Of a stretch of 64,000 bases of DNA, positions 20,584 to 29,448 are shown in pieces. Made by a program: the position numbers and the translations under genes. Origin of the DNA: an uncultured Chloroflexia bacterium (GTDB lineage: Bacteria; Chloroflexota; Chloroflexia; Thermomicrobiales; UBA6265); NCBI GenBank assembly GCA_963724295.1, contig CAVRUC010000008.1, positions 1-64,000 of the forward strand, given 5' to 3'. Each line of letters opens with the position of its first letter. Position 1 is the stretch's first letter. The notes under the pieces are model-generated. The model had not been told where the DNA came from. It did no database searches and worked only from the letters and a program-made list of their open reading frames with translations.

Positions 20584-21453
20584 GTGATGGCGACGGCATT
20601 TCTGGGGCCGCGAGGCTCGTTCAGCGAAGAGGCAGCGCTGCTGCGGGTGGAAACGGATCAGCTCGTGGCCTTCTCTTCGTTTCCAGCGCTGGTCTCCGCG
20701 GTCGAGACCGGGCTAGCGGATGAGGCCGTCCTGCCGATTGAAAACTCCATCGAAGGGGCGGTCAGTACGACGCTCGATCTACTCATCCACGAGACCGCGC
20801 TGCGCATAGCCGGCGAGCTGGTCCTGCCCGTGCGCCATTTCCTGGTGACACGACCCGGGGTTCACCTGGAGGACGTTCGGATCGTCACCTCGCACCCGCA
20901 GGCGCTCGGTCAATGCCGGCGTTTTCTCGATCGCTGCTTGCCCGGTGTGGAACAGGTCGCCGCGCTCTCCACTTCGGGCGCGGTCAAAGATGTGGCCGAA
21001 GGCACCGACGATCACCGCGCCGGGATCGGCACGGCGCGAGCCGCCGAGCTGTATGGAGGCGCCATCCTCGCCCACGATATCCAGGACGTGCACACCAACG
21101 TGACCCGCTTCATCGTCCTCGCCCGCGAGGATGCACCGCCGACCGGCAATGACAAGACCTCCCTCGCCTTCCGCATCCGGGAGAACGTCCCGGGTGCGCT
21201 GCACGCCATCCTGTCGGAGTTCGCGGTCGAGAACTTGCAGATGACCAAGATCGAAAGCCGCCCCTCCAAGGGCTGGCTGGGCGATTATGTCTTCCTGATC
21301 GACTTCGAGGGTCACCGTCAGGATGAGCGGGTGGCCCGCGTCCTGGACACGATTCGCGACCGCTGCTCGATATTGAAGATCTTCGGATCCTACCCCCGTT
21401 TCCCACTGGAATCGTTGCGCGACGCGATCGATCCCGGGCAACCGGTCGACTGA
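20584..21453 (+). CDS. pheA: Prephenate dehydratase
   Basis: LGPRGSFSE, PIENSIEG, SHPQALGQC, NVTRF and ACT-domain TKIESRP. Start GTG 20584 or ATG 20587. Confidence 0.95.
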   Translation: MMATAFLGPRGSFSEEAALLRVETDQLVAFSSFPALVSAVETGLADEAVLPIENSIEGAVSTTLDLLIHETALRIAGELVLPVRHFLVTRPGVHLEDVRIVTSHPQALGQCRRFLDRCLPGVEQVAALSTSGAVKDVAEGTDDHRAGIGTARAAELYGGAILAHDIQDVHTNVTRFIVLAREDAPPTGNDKTSLAFRIRENVPGALHAILSEFAVENLQMTKIESRPSKGWLGDYVFLIDFEGHRQDERVARVLDTIRDRCSILKIFGSYPRFPLESLRDAIDPGQPVD

Positions 21454-21489
21454 CGTGGCTCACCTCCACGCTGAAGGGCGATCTCCGAC

Positions 21490-22293
21490 GTGCGCCTGCT
21501 GATCGACGAGACTTTTGCCACCGCGACGTATACCGTCCCGATCAGCTCCGGATGGGTCTCGCCACCGGAAGGGGTCACCGTCGAGGCCACGAACCGCCTC
21601 ACGGCGGATTCCGAAACCGAGGAGAGCGTCGTCCTCGCTCCGACATCCGAGATTCTGCGTCGCCAGCAGACCCACCAGGTTGCCGGCGACGTTGCGGTGA
21701 TCGCCGACGGTAATGGCGCCATCGCCATGCGTACTCCCGTCCGCCCGGACGAAGTCGAGGCCACGCCGGTGCGGCTCCTGGACACCAGCGGCATCGCCGA
21801 ACTCCTGGCGCGGGCGACCCTGAGACCGTTCTACGGTATCGAGCCTACCGGTTGGGTTCGCGATGGAAATTTACCGGAGGCGGCCCGCGCCGAGGTTGTG
21901 ATCGTCGAGGGAGCCGAGGCGCTGCGCGAACCGGAGGGCGGCTTCAGCGAGGATCTGAGCCGAGCCTGGTTCATCCTGACCGCGCAACCGGTCATCAGTC
22001 ACGTTCTCCTCGTGCCCCGGGCTCTGCCCGCGGCCGACCTGACAAGCGTGTTGACCTTCCTCAATGCCGCGAGAACCGAGGGCCTGGCCCGGAGGCGGGA
22101 ATGGCGGCCGGAGCTTGCCGATCGCGAAGGGGTTGACAGAGATCGTGCCAGCGCCTTCTGGGCGGCCCAGCGGCTGAAACTGGAGCCGGCGGATCGCCAG
22201 CCGCTGCTCGACCTGCTCCACAAAGGTTCGCGGGGGACGTCCGGCCCGCCGCCGACGAATGTGGTTTTTGTTGACGGGTCAAACGCTGAGTAG
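21490..22293 (+). CDS. Divergent MqnA/MqnD-like (periplasmic binding fold) protein
   Basis: IVEGAEAL...DLSRAWFILTAQPVISHV resembles the MqnA C-terminal pattern (IGDxAL...DLGxxW...TGLPFV). The N-terminus is poorly conserved. Confidence 0.5.
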   Translation: MRLLIDETFATATYTVPISSGWVSPPEGVTVEATNRLTADSETEESVVLAPTSEILRRQQTHQVAGDVAVIADGNGAIAMRTPVRPDEVEATPVRLLDTSGIAELLARATLRPFYGIEPTGWVRDGNLPEAARAEVVIVEGAEALREPEGGFSEDLSRAWFILTAQPVISHVLLVPRALPAADLTSVLTFLNAARTEGLARRREWRPELADREGVDRDRASAFWAAQRLKLEPADRQPLLDLLHKGSRGTSGPPPTNVVFVDGSNAE

Positions 22294-22323
22294 TTGATCG
22301 CCGCTATACGGTCTCCTCGAGCG

Positions 22324-22815
22324 TCAGGAGCCGGACTGCTTCCTCGCCGCCTGGCCACTCCATGACAGCGACTCGGTTGCCGCGTTGAGCATCTCAGCCA
22401 AACCGGAAACGCCAAGGATGGTGGCGACCAGCCGGGTGGGACCGGGCGCGATGCGCAGGCCATAGACGAGACCCGAGGCCACCCAGGTTCCAACGCAGAT
22501 CGGACACGAGACGAGCTCGCCGATCGCCTTGCGCACGCCTGTTCCTTCGGCGACCACATTCTCTCCGGCATCGTATTCGTCCGGGACCGTCTCGGTCACC
22601 GGGTCGCGGAGAGGCTCCGTCACTCGCTCGTAGGCGGCAACCCGTCCCGCTCTGAACGTCGCCAGCGCGATGAGGACGACGTCTCGCGGCCGCGGGTCAA
22701 ACTCCTGTGGCTCTTTTCGTTCGCGAGAGACGAATATCCCCAGCAGCCCGAGAAAGAGGCTGACGAGCGTGACGTAGGCAAGCCGTTCCCGCTGCTCCGG
22801 ATCAGGTGTCGTCAT
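22324..22815 (-). CDS. DUF1360 family membrane protein
   Basis: LATFR...TEPLRDP and IGELVSCPICVGTWVA (CPxCxGxW). Confidence 0.85.
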   Translation of the reverse strand: MTTPDPEQRERLAYVTLVSLFLGLLGIFVSRERKEPQEFDPRPRDVVLIALATFRAGRVAAYERVTEPLRDPVTETVPDEYDAGENVVAEGTGVRKAIGELVSCPICVGTWVASGLVYGLRIAPGPTRLVATILGVSGLAEMLNAATESLSWSGQAARKQSGS

Positions 22816-22842
22816 CGTTGAGCCTCCCGGTGGACGACCGGC

Positions 22843-23382
22843 TCAACTGAGCTCGAGCTCAATGGTGTCGCCCAGTCTGGCGCGGATCTCATCGGCCGCC
22901 TCGTCACGGATGCGACCGGAGAGGGCCGCGGTATGAAGATCAATGGCGGCATCCAAAGCTTGGGAGAAGGGAGGCGGGCCTAGCTGCTCTCCCGGTGTTG
23001 CCTCAAGATCAACCAGCGGCGCGACGGTGGCAACCCGAACCTGCAGGGTGTAGTGCCGCAGACTCGCCTCGACCCAATCCATGTAGGCGGTGACGGCGGC
23101 AGCGATATCCCGCACCACCGCCTCGGCAAACCGGTCACTCGCATCGCGAATCGCCGTCTCGGCGGCCGCGAGGTCGGTGTCGTAGGTATCGACGACGCTC
23201 TGCGCCCAAGCCCGGCGGCTCGCCTCCTGTTCCTCTCTGGCTCGCCGCTGCGCCGACTCTGCTTCTGCCCGCGCCATCGCGGCCCGTTGCAGCGCGGCCT
23301 CGGCCTCTGCCTGGGCCTCTTGCGCCTCGCGCAGCTCCCGCTCCAGGTCGCTCGTCTGGCTCGTCCCTCGCTGGCTTTCCAT
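22843..23382 (-). CDS. Hypothetical helical/coiled-coil protein
   Basis: 179 aa, Ala/Glu/Arg-rich N-terminal half; AAGGAG ribosome-binding site upstream. Confidence 0.7.
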   Translation of the reverse strand: MESQRGTSQTSDLERELREAQEAQAEAEAALQRAAMARAEAESAQRRAREEQEASRRAWAQSVVDTYDTDLAAAETAIRDASDRFAEAVVRDIAAAVTAYMDWVEASLRHYTLQVRVATVAPLVDLEATPGEQLGPPPFSQALDAAIDLHTAALSGRIRDEAADEIRARLGDTIELELS

Positions 23383-23479
23383 GGCAGTGCTCCTTCGTCG
23401 TTTCTGGTTGGTTATCGGTGATCAGGGTTCGGGTAACCGAAGACGTCAGTCCAGTACGCCAACACCCTTGCGTGGCATT

Positions 23480-23496
23480 AGCACGTTCGTTGCCAG
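23480..23496 (-). promoter_or_regulatory. sigma54-type -24/-12 promoter motif
   Basis: Minus strand CTGGCAACGAACGTGCT (GG-N10-GC), upstream of the start at 23382. Confidence 0.55.
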
Positions 23497-23535
23497 AGGA
23501 ATACAGAACTCAGAATGTGAGTTATCCAGGTGCAA

Positions 23536-23552
23536 CTGGTACGAAGCTTGCG
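23536..23552 (+). promoter_or_regulatory. sigma54-type -24/-12 promoter motif
   Basis: CTGGTACGAAGCTTGCG, upstream of the start at 23615. Confidence 0.6.
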
Positions 23553-23614
23553 CTGCCGAGGATGGGCGGCCACTCGTGAGGCCCAATCGTGCGACGACGC
23601 GGTGACAGGAATAC

Positions 23615-23965
23615 GTGATGACGGAGCGGGAAACAGACGGCACTGGTGCGGACGGGAATCGCCCGCGGATCCAGCCCGAGGCTAGCGAATTCGAGAGGCT
23701 GGGGAACCCAACCCGGCTCGTTCCTCGCCAGGCGCCAGCCGAGGACGACCCCTTGCCTGTCACGCCGCGCCCAGCCGTGTTCGAGGACGAACTGGAGCCC
23801 CAGCCACCGCCATCGACGTTCGGACGGTCCGGGCTCGGTCCGATGTTCGGCCCGCGAAGCGTTGGCAACGGGCGCATTCAGGTCTGGGGATGCTCTCCCG
23901 GCTGCCTCGTCGTCTCGCTCATTGGCTCCCTCGTGCTGACGTTTCTCCTCAACGCGCTGTTCTAG
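23615..23965 (+). CDS. Hypothetical protein with C-terminal membrane anchor
   Basis: Disordered N-terminus followed by GCSPGCLVVSLIGSLVLTFLLN; AGGA upstream. Confidence 0.7.
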   Translation: MMTERETDGTGADGNRPRIQPEASEFERLGNPTRLVPRQAPAEDDPLPVTPRPAVFEDELEPQPPPSTFGRSGLGPMFGPRSVGNGRIQVWGCSPGCLVVSLIGSLVLTFLLNALF

Positions 23966-24033
23966 TCCGCGTCGGTCCCAGCTCGATCATTTCGGTTCGT
24001 GAGGCCCGGACATCGCCACCTAGACCGTCCGGA

Positions 24034-27000
24034 CTAGCCATCTGCCGCACCAGAGCGGCGGTAGATGAACAGGTCCAGCGATCGTGGATCGGTCGCCAGG
24101 AGCGTGTCGGCCACTCCCTCGCCGGTGAAGGAGTAGAGCGTCACCCAGCCGTTGGTCGTGGTGCCGATTGGCGACCAGAGATTGACCAGGAGATAACGGC
24201 GGCTCCCCGCCAGCACCAGGTCCGGATTGATCCCCGCCTCCTCGGCCCGCGCTCGCAGCTCCGCGGGCGCCTCCACCACGTCCCCTACCTCGGGAACGTA
24301 TTCGGCGATGATGTCGCCATCGACCGGCACCGCGAAGACGCGCGGCGGATCGGGGGCGGTTGCATCCTGGGCAAAGACGATGGCCGTCACACTGCTGTAG
24401 ATCGACCGATGCCAGGTCTCTTCGAGCACGTAGGTCTCGTCACCGGCGGTGATCACCTGCGCGCCGCCGGCCACGACGTAGTCGACGGCGAACGACGACG
24501 CGGTCTCGTAGCGGTAGAGGGTTTGTGCAGTCCGGCTGGCCCGCAGATAGATCACCTGACCCGCGCCGGCGCCCTGGGCCTGCGCGGCTTCGAAGGGACC
24601 GACACAGCCGATCCGTCTCAGCTTGATGTCGTTCGCCAACTCCTCCTGTCTCACGAAGCTGTAGGCCACGCCGGACAACTGGATACGGACGGGCAGCCGC
24701 TCCGGGAGCCCATTCGCTCCGATCTCACCGGGGTCACCCTGACACCGGCGCGCGCGCTCGGGCGACTCACCCTGTAACCCGCTCGGTGGTGTCGGCGATG
24801 CGGCCGCGTTCGGCTCGAGCGGGATGATCCGCACGTTCGGGAGCGGCGTCGGGGTCGGCCCGATGGTGACCGTCGTTTGAAGCGTGATCTGAACGTAGCC
24901 GGGCGGCGGCGGGACGACGGCCGGCGGTGGCGGAGCCTGGCCGGTCGGGGCGATCACGATCTGCGTAGCGATGAACTGATAGACTCGACTCTCGATAACG
25001 GTGAACGTGGTTGTCAGCGGAATCCCCGCTTCCGCCTGCTCTATCGGCGCATAGAGCGGGAACGGACCGGAGCAGCCGATTCGCCGGAACTCGGTTTCGG
25101 TGACCGTCACACTCACCTGCGCTTCATAGCGGAAGCGCGTCTCGGCGAAGATCAGATCGTTGAATGTCACCGGCAGCCCAACGGCATTGAGCGCCACAAA
25201 GCGCTGCAGCTGATCGCCGCTGACCAGGAAGACCTCGGCCAACCCCGGATACCCACCGGCGCGGACAAGAATCTCGCGACCATCCTCAGCCAGCGGAATG
25301 CTGCCGAGAGCGGCCACCGTGGTGGTGCGCAACTCCTCGACGGAGATGCTTGTTTCGATACTGGCGAAGGTATAGGTGTAACGCTGGTTTTCGAATGTGG
25401 TCGAGAACGTCTGCGCGTTGGCTTCGGCCGAGCAGGCGGCGGTGATATCGAAGGTTCCGGTGCTGGTAATCGGCACTTGCGAGACATAGCGGGCGACGAC
25501 TCCGGTCCCCACGGAGGCAGCGTAGAGGCGTCCGACGGGGAGATTGGGGTCGCTCTGGTCGTCCGGTGAGACAAAGATATTGAGCGTCGTCTCCGGCGTC
25601 TGAACGACGTCGATCTGGACGAGTGACTGCGTCTCGACGTCGACCTGGAGATCGAACGAGTAGCGGACCCCCTGGACCTGGATCTCTTGCGGTAGCTCCG
25701 CTGGAATCGGCGGCGGGGCATCGAGCGGAATGTCCGAGACCGGCTCCGATGGCGGCTCCACCGTTGCCAGAACCAGGGGAGTCGGCACCGCGTCAGTTAC
25801 TGGCGCGGCGGGACTCGCCAGTGGTGCTGGAGTTTGCGGCGGGACTGATGTCTCCGCCGGCGCCGGAGTGGCGGCAGCCACGGTCTCGACCGCTGGCGCC
25901 GGCGTCATGGTTGGCGGAACTGGCGTCTCCGTCGGCGGGACCGGAGTTTCGGTGGGCGGGATCGGGGTCTCCGTGGGGGCTATCGTGGCCGTCGGAGGCA
26001 CTGGTGTCTCGGTTGGCGGAATTGGCGTCCCGGTTGGCGGGATTGGTGTTTCCGTCGCAGGTAGCGGTGTTTCCGTTGGCTCCTGAGCCGGAGCTACGGT
26101 CGGGGCTACCGGTGCTTCCTGGCCCACCGCGGTGAACGCCAGCACTCGCGGAGTAGCGTCGTTGAGGACGACGAAGAGCTGGTCGAGATTCTCATCGGCG
26201 TCCTGTTCGGCCCGCGCGGGGAACGGTCCCACGCATCCGACTCTCGCCAGCGCGTTCGGATCCACTTCTCCGGTCGCGTCCCGGTCAAAGGCAAAGGTCT
26301 GACCCGCGAAGACGATCGTTTCGCCAAACGTGTTTGGGACACCGCGATCGTCGAGCAGGATGAACCGATTGAGCGTGCCATTGTCCTCGAAATAGAGCTC
26401 CGGGAACGGTTCGACCGTCGTCTCGGCATAGACCGGTTGGCCCTCACCCGTCTCGAGAACGGCCTGGAGTCGATCGGTCGTCAAATCGAGCTCTGGTCCG
26501 GCGTAGACGTACTGAGCATCGCCGAGGTCGAGCACGGAGAAGTTGGCCGTTTCGGCCAGGCAGGTTCCCTCTGGCGACGGCACGCCGTCCGGACCGACTG
26601 GCTGCTCCGCCAGGTAGCGTCCCGGCGTGTCCACGTCGATATCTGGCGCGCCGTAGATACGGTCGAAAGGCGGACCACCGGGGATGGCAAAGAGCAGCAC
26701 GCCGTCATCTTCGCCAACCTGCTCCAGGCCAGCGGGATCGACTGGCACGGGGCGGTCAAGACCGAAGCGCGCTCCTTCCAGGACGACCTCCGCTGGCAGC
26801 GTTCCCTCGTCCGCGGCCGTCGCCGTTTCGGCGCTCTGCGGGACGTCTGTCTGGGGAGTCCCGGCCGGCGCTGTCTCCACTACGCCGGTCTCGTCGATGG
26901 CGCCGCCGGGCGGCGTGGCTTCAACACCCACGTCCGCATCGGGAGCTGGCGTGCCGGTCTCGGCTGCGACCTCCGTGCCCTGGTCAGGTTCTTCCTGGAT

Positions 27001-27846
27001 AGGGGCGGTCGTGTCCTGGGGGGCAGCGATCTGCGCGGCGTCCGCGGCGCGATAGGAAAGGAGACGTGCACCGACCGTCGCGTAGAGCTGGTCCACGGCG
27101 CCGGCCTCGACCTGGTCGACGGGGGCCGAAAGCTGGAATGGTCCCGCGCAGCCGGCCGGAGCGAGCGTCGCGGTTTCGACGGCGTCCGCTACATCTCCCT
27201 CGAACGCGAACTGGACACCCTGGAATTGAAGCGTTTCGGCCAGGACCGGCGGTCGGCCCTCGTCGTCCAACAGGATGAAGCGGACGACGTCGGACTCGGT
27301 ATCCATCAGAAGATCAAGAGGTGGTTGCTGCGCCGCGTCGGCGTAGACGGTGAATCCCTCGGCGGTCGAGGCAATCGAGGCGAGACCATCGAGGGGAATG
27401 TCCGGCTCGGAGCCGGCGTAGGCGTAGACATCGTCCCCGCTCTGCAGATCACCAAACTCCTGTGGTTGGGCAGGGCAGGCATTCGCCTCAACAGTTCCGT
27501 CAGCGCCGACGGGAATCTCCGCGAGATATCGCGCGATGGTTGCCTGGTCGACAGGCGAGGCGGCGAACAGCCGGTTGTGCGGCCCCTCGGCTGTCTCGGC
27601 GTAGAGCGTCAGGTCGTCCTGCTGTCCGACCTCAACCAGCCCTTCGGTTGCGATCGGGATCACCCGGTCGAACAGAAAAAACCGATCCTCGAAAACAATC
27701 TCGATCGGGAACTCCGGCGGGCGTGCCGCCGGGTCGCCGTTATCCTGGGCCCGGACCGGGATCGCCGGTGCCACGAGCGACATCAGGGTCCCGGCCAATA
27801 CCACCAGCGTTGCAATGAGTCTGAGCGTCCGATTGCGCCTGGTCAT
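24034..27846 (-). CDS. Large secreted repeat protein (1270 aa) with four Cys-paired domains and Pro/Thr linkers
   Basis: Signal peptide ending VRA-Q, four GCxGPF motifs, a PPTETP-rich linker and acidic composition. Confidence 0.85.
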   Translation of the reverse strand: MTRRNRTLRLIATLVVLAGTLMSLVAPAIPVRAQDNGDPAARPPEFPIEIVFEDRFFLFDRVIPIATEGLVEVGQQDDLTLYAETAEGPHNRLFAASPVDQATIARYLAEIPVGADGTVEANACPAQPQEFGDLQSGDDVYAYAGSEPDIPLDGLASIASTAEGFTVYADAAQQPPLDLLMDTESDVVRFILLDDEGRPPVLAETLQFQGVQFAFEGDVADAVETATLAPAGCAGPFQLSAPVDQVEAGAVDQLYATVGARLLSYRAADAAQIAAPQDTTAPIQEEPDQGTEVAAETGTPAPDADVGVEATPPGGAIDETGVVETAPAGTPQTDVPQSAETATAADEGTLPAEVVLEGARFGLDRPVPVDPAGLEQVGEDDGVLLFAIPGGPPFDRIYGAPDIDVDTPGRYLAEQPVGPDGVPSPEGTCLAETANFSVLDLGDAQYVYAGPELDLTTDRLQAVLETGEGQPVYAETTVEPFPELYFEDNGTLNRFILLDDRGVPNTFGETIVFAGQTFAFDRDATGEVDPNALARVGCVGPFPARAEQDADENLDQLFVVLNDATPRVLAFTAVGQEAPVAPTVAPAQEPTETPLPATETPIPPTGTPIPPTETPVPPTATIAPTETPIPPTETPVPPTETPVPPTMTPAPAVETVAAATPAPAETSVPPQTPAPLASPAAPVTDAVPTPLVLATVEPPSEPVSDIPLDAPPPIPAELPQEIQVQGVRYSFDLQVDVETQSLVQIDVVQTPETTLNIFVSPDDQSDPNLPVGRLYAASVGTGVVARYVSQVPITSTGTFDITAACSAEANAQTFSTTFENQRYTYTFASIETSISVEELRTTTVAALGSIPLAEDGREILVRAGGYPGLAEVFLVSGDQLQRFVALNAVGLPVTFNDLIFAETRFRYEAQVSVTVTETEFRRIGCSGPFPLYAPIEQAEAGIPLTTTFTVIESRVYQFIATQIVIAPTGQAPPPPAVVPPPPGYVQITLQTTVTIGPTPTPLPNVRIIPLEPNAAASPTPPSGLQGESPERARRCQGDPGEIGANGLPERLPVRIQLSGVAYSFVRQEELANDIKLRRIGCVGPFEAAQAQGAGAGQVIYLRASRTAQTLYRYETASSFAVDYVVAGGAQVITAGDETYVLEETWHRSIYSSVTAIVFAQDATAPDPPRVFAVPVDGDIIAEYVPEVGDVVEAPAELRARAEEAGINPDLVLAGSRRYLLVNLWSPIGTTTNGWVTLYSFTGEGVADTLLATDPRSLDLFIYRRSGAADG
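25900..26090 (-). repeat. Intragenic ~21-nt tandem repeats encoding (P)PTETP(I/V)
   Basis: [30 protein letters not shown]...; the DNA units are synonymously diverged. Confidence 0.8.
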
Positions 27847-27910
27847 CGGTCCGTGTTCCCCTTTGACTCACGCTCGCATCGCCTGTGGCGGCCAATGTCG
27901 TGGTCCGCGA

Positions 27911-27927
27911 CGCACGCTCTCTACCAT
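27911..27927 (-). promoter_or_regulatory. sigma54-type -24/-12 promoter motif
   Basis: Minus strand ATGGTAGAGAGCGTGCG, about 65 nt upstream of ATG 27846. Confidence 0.5.
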
Positions 27928-28009
27928 GCGACGCCACCACGCGGCGATTCAACGCGCATGAACTAGGCCACGCGGCATTCCTCCCCACATCGCACGGGTT
28001 CCGCCGGTG

Positions 28010-28026
28010 TTGGCACGCTCCATGCG
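28010..28026 (+). promoter_or_regulatory. sigma54-type -24/-12 promoter motif
   Basis: TTGGCACGCTCCATGCG, upstream of the VWA gene. Confidence 0.6.
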
Positions 28027-28165
28027 GCGGCGTGATCCCGCGTGCCCCGCGGCCGGCCGTGATCGCGGGGTGTCGGCGCCTCAGGACCGGATCATCGAGT
28101 CTCGGACCGAAAGGCGAAGGTGAACGTCGCCGTTTACGTGAACGTGAAGCTGAAGGGGTGAGACG

Positions 28166-29374
28166 ATGCGTTCCCTGACGTGCTCTCCGGGCTGGGTGCA
28201 ACGCGCGTTCACCCTGTTGCTGCTGATCCTGACCGCGACCGGCGCTGGCTGGCCCGGGTTCACCAGCTCACGATCGGCCGCGGCGGCCCCGGCGACACAG
28301 GACGAGCAGGCAGTCCGCACCGTCAACCTCGAGCTCATCCTGGATCTGTCCGGCTCGATGGCCCGCGACATCGGCGGCGGTGAGACCCGAATGGAAGCGG
28401 CCAAACGCGTCATGAACGACGTGATCGACGCTCTCCCCGAGCGGGAAGGGGTCAATGTCGGCTTTCGCATCTACGGCCACCTTGGCGACAATACCGAGGC
28501 TGGCCGGAACGTCAGCTGCCAGTCCTCAGACCTCGTCGTTCCCATCCAGGGAGTCAACAAGCCCGCCCTTCGCGACCAGGTCGCGGCCGCCCAACCGATC
28601 GGCTGGACTCCGATCGCCCTCTCTCTCCAGCGCGCGGGCGGCGATTTTCAGGGCGGCGAAGGGGTGGCCAACCATATCCTGCTCGTCACCGACGGCGAGG
28701 AGACGTGTGGTGGTGACCCCTGCGCGGTCGCGGAGTCGCTGCGGACCGGTGAGGCAAACCTGACCACGCACGTGGTCGGATTTGCGCTAAACGAGGAGCA
28801 GGCTCGCCTCGTCAGCTGTATCGCCGAACGCGGCGGGGGTCTCAACCTCCGTGCCGGCAGTGCGCGTGAGCTGAGCAACGCGATCTTCTCTGTGCTCGAG
28901 GAGATCCAGGTTGTCGTCCAGAACGGATTTCTCGAGATCGAGGAGATCGGCGGGCTCTTCCCACGCGCCACGATCACCTTCGTCGCCACCGGTGACCAGA
29001 GCCCACGCGATGCCATCACCCTCACCACCGACAACCGGGTGGAGCTTGCGATTGGCTTGTACGACGTCTCCTGGACCTATGCGAGCGGGGGCGAGATCTC
29101 GATCCGGGTGAACATCGAGGCCGGGCGCACCACCTGGGTACGGGGCTCCTTACTCAAGTTCCCGCAGGGAGCGGGCGAGATCTACACCGTCAAGGACCTG
29201 GCCGGGAACCTGATCTGGCAGGCTCCGTTCGAACAGGGCGACTACGTGTGGGTCCTCCCCGGTATCTACACCCTGGATCTTGTCGAGCGTGTCGGCGATC
29301 CGGTGCTGATCATGGCCCAGGTGCAAACACTTCCCGGGAGCGCGACCCAGCTCGAGATCTTCACCGCTCCCTGA
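28166..29374 (+). CDS. Secreted VWA domain protein
   Basis: Signal peptide, MIDAS motif LDLSGSM, GWTPIA and VTDGEETCGGDPC; beta-rich C-terminal region. Confidence 0.9.
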   Translation: MRSLTCSPGWVQRAFTLLLLILTATGAGWPGFTSSRSAAAAPATQDEQAVRTVNLELILDLSGSMARDIGGGETRMEAAKRVMNDVIDALPEREGVNVGFRIYGHLGDNTEAGRNVSCQSSDLVVPIQGVNKPALRDQVAAAQPIGWTPIALSLQRAGGDFQGGEGVANHILLVTDGEETCGGDPCAVAESLRTGEANLTTHVVGFALNEEQARLVSCIAERGGGLNLRAGSARELSNAIFSVLEEIQVVVQNGFLEIEEIGGLFPRATITFVATGDQSPRDAITLTTDNRVELAIGLYDVSWTYASGGEISIRVNIEAGRTTWVRGSLLKFPQGAGEIYTVKDLAGNLIWQAPFEQGDYVWVLPGIYTLDLVERVGDPVLIMAQVQTLPGSATQLEIFTAP

Positions 29375-29448
29375 TCGAGGACGGAATCGCGACCAGGACG
29401 CAAACAGCCGGATCGTCGAATCCTGGGTCTGGTCGCCATGATGGGAGG

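Noticed and set aside
25900..26090. CRISPR-like or mobile repeat array
   Set aside because: The units are in-frame Pro/Thr codon repeats with synonymous variation and no spacers; no cas genes are present.
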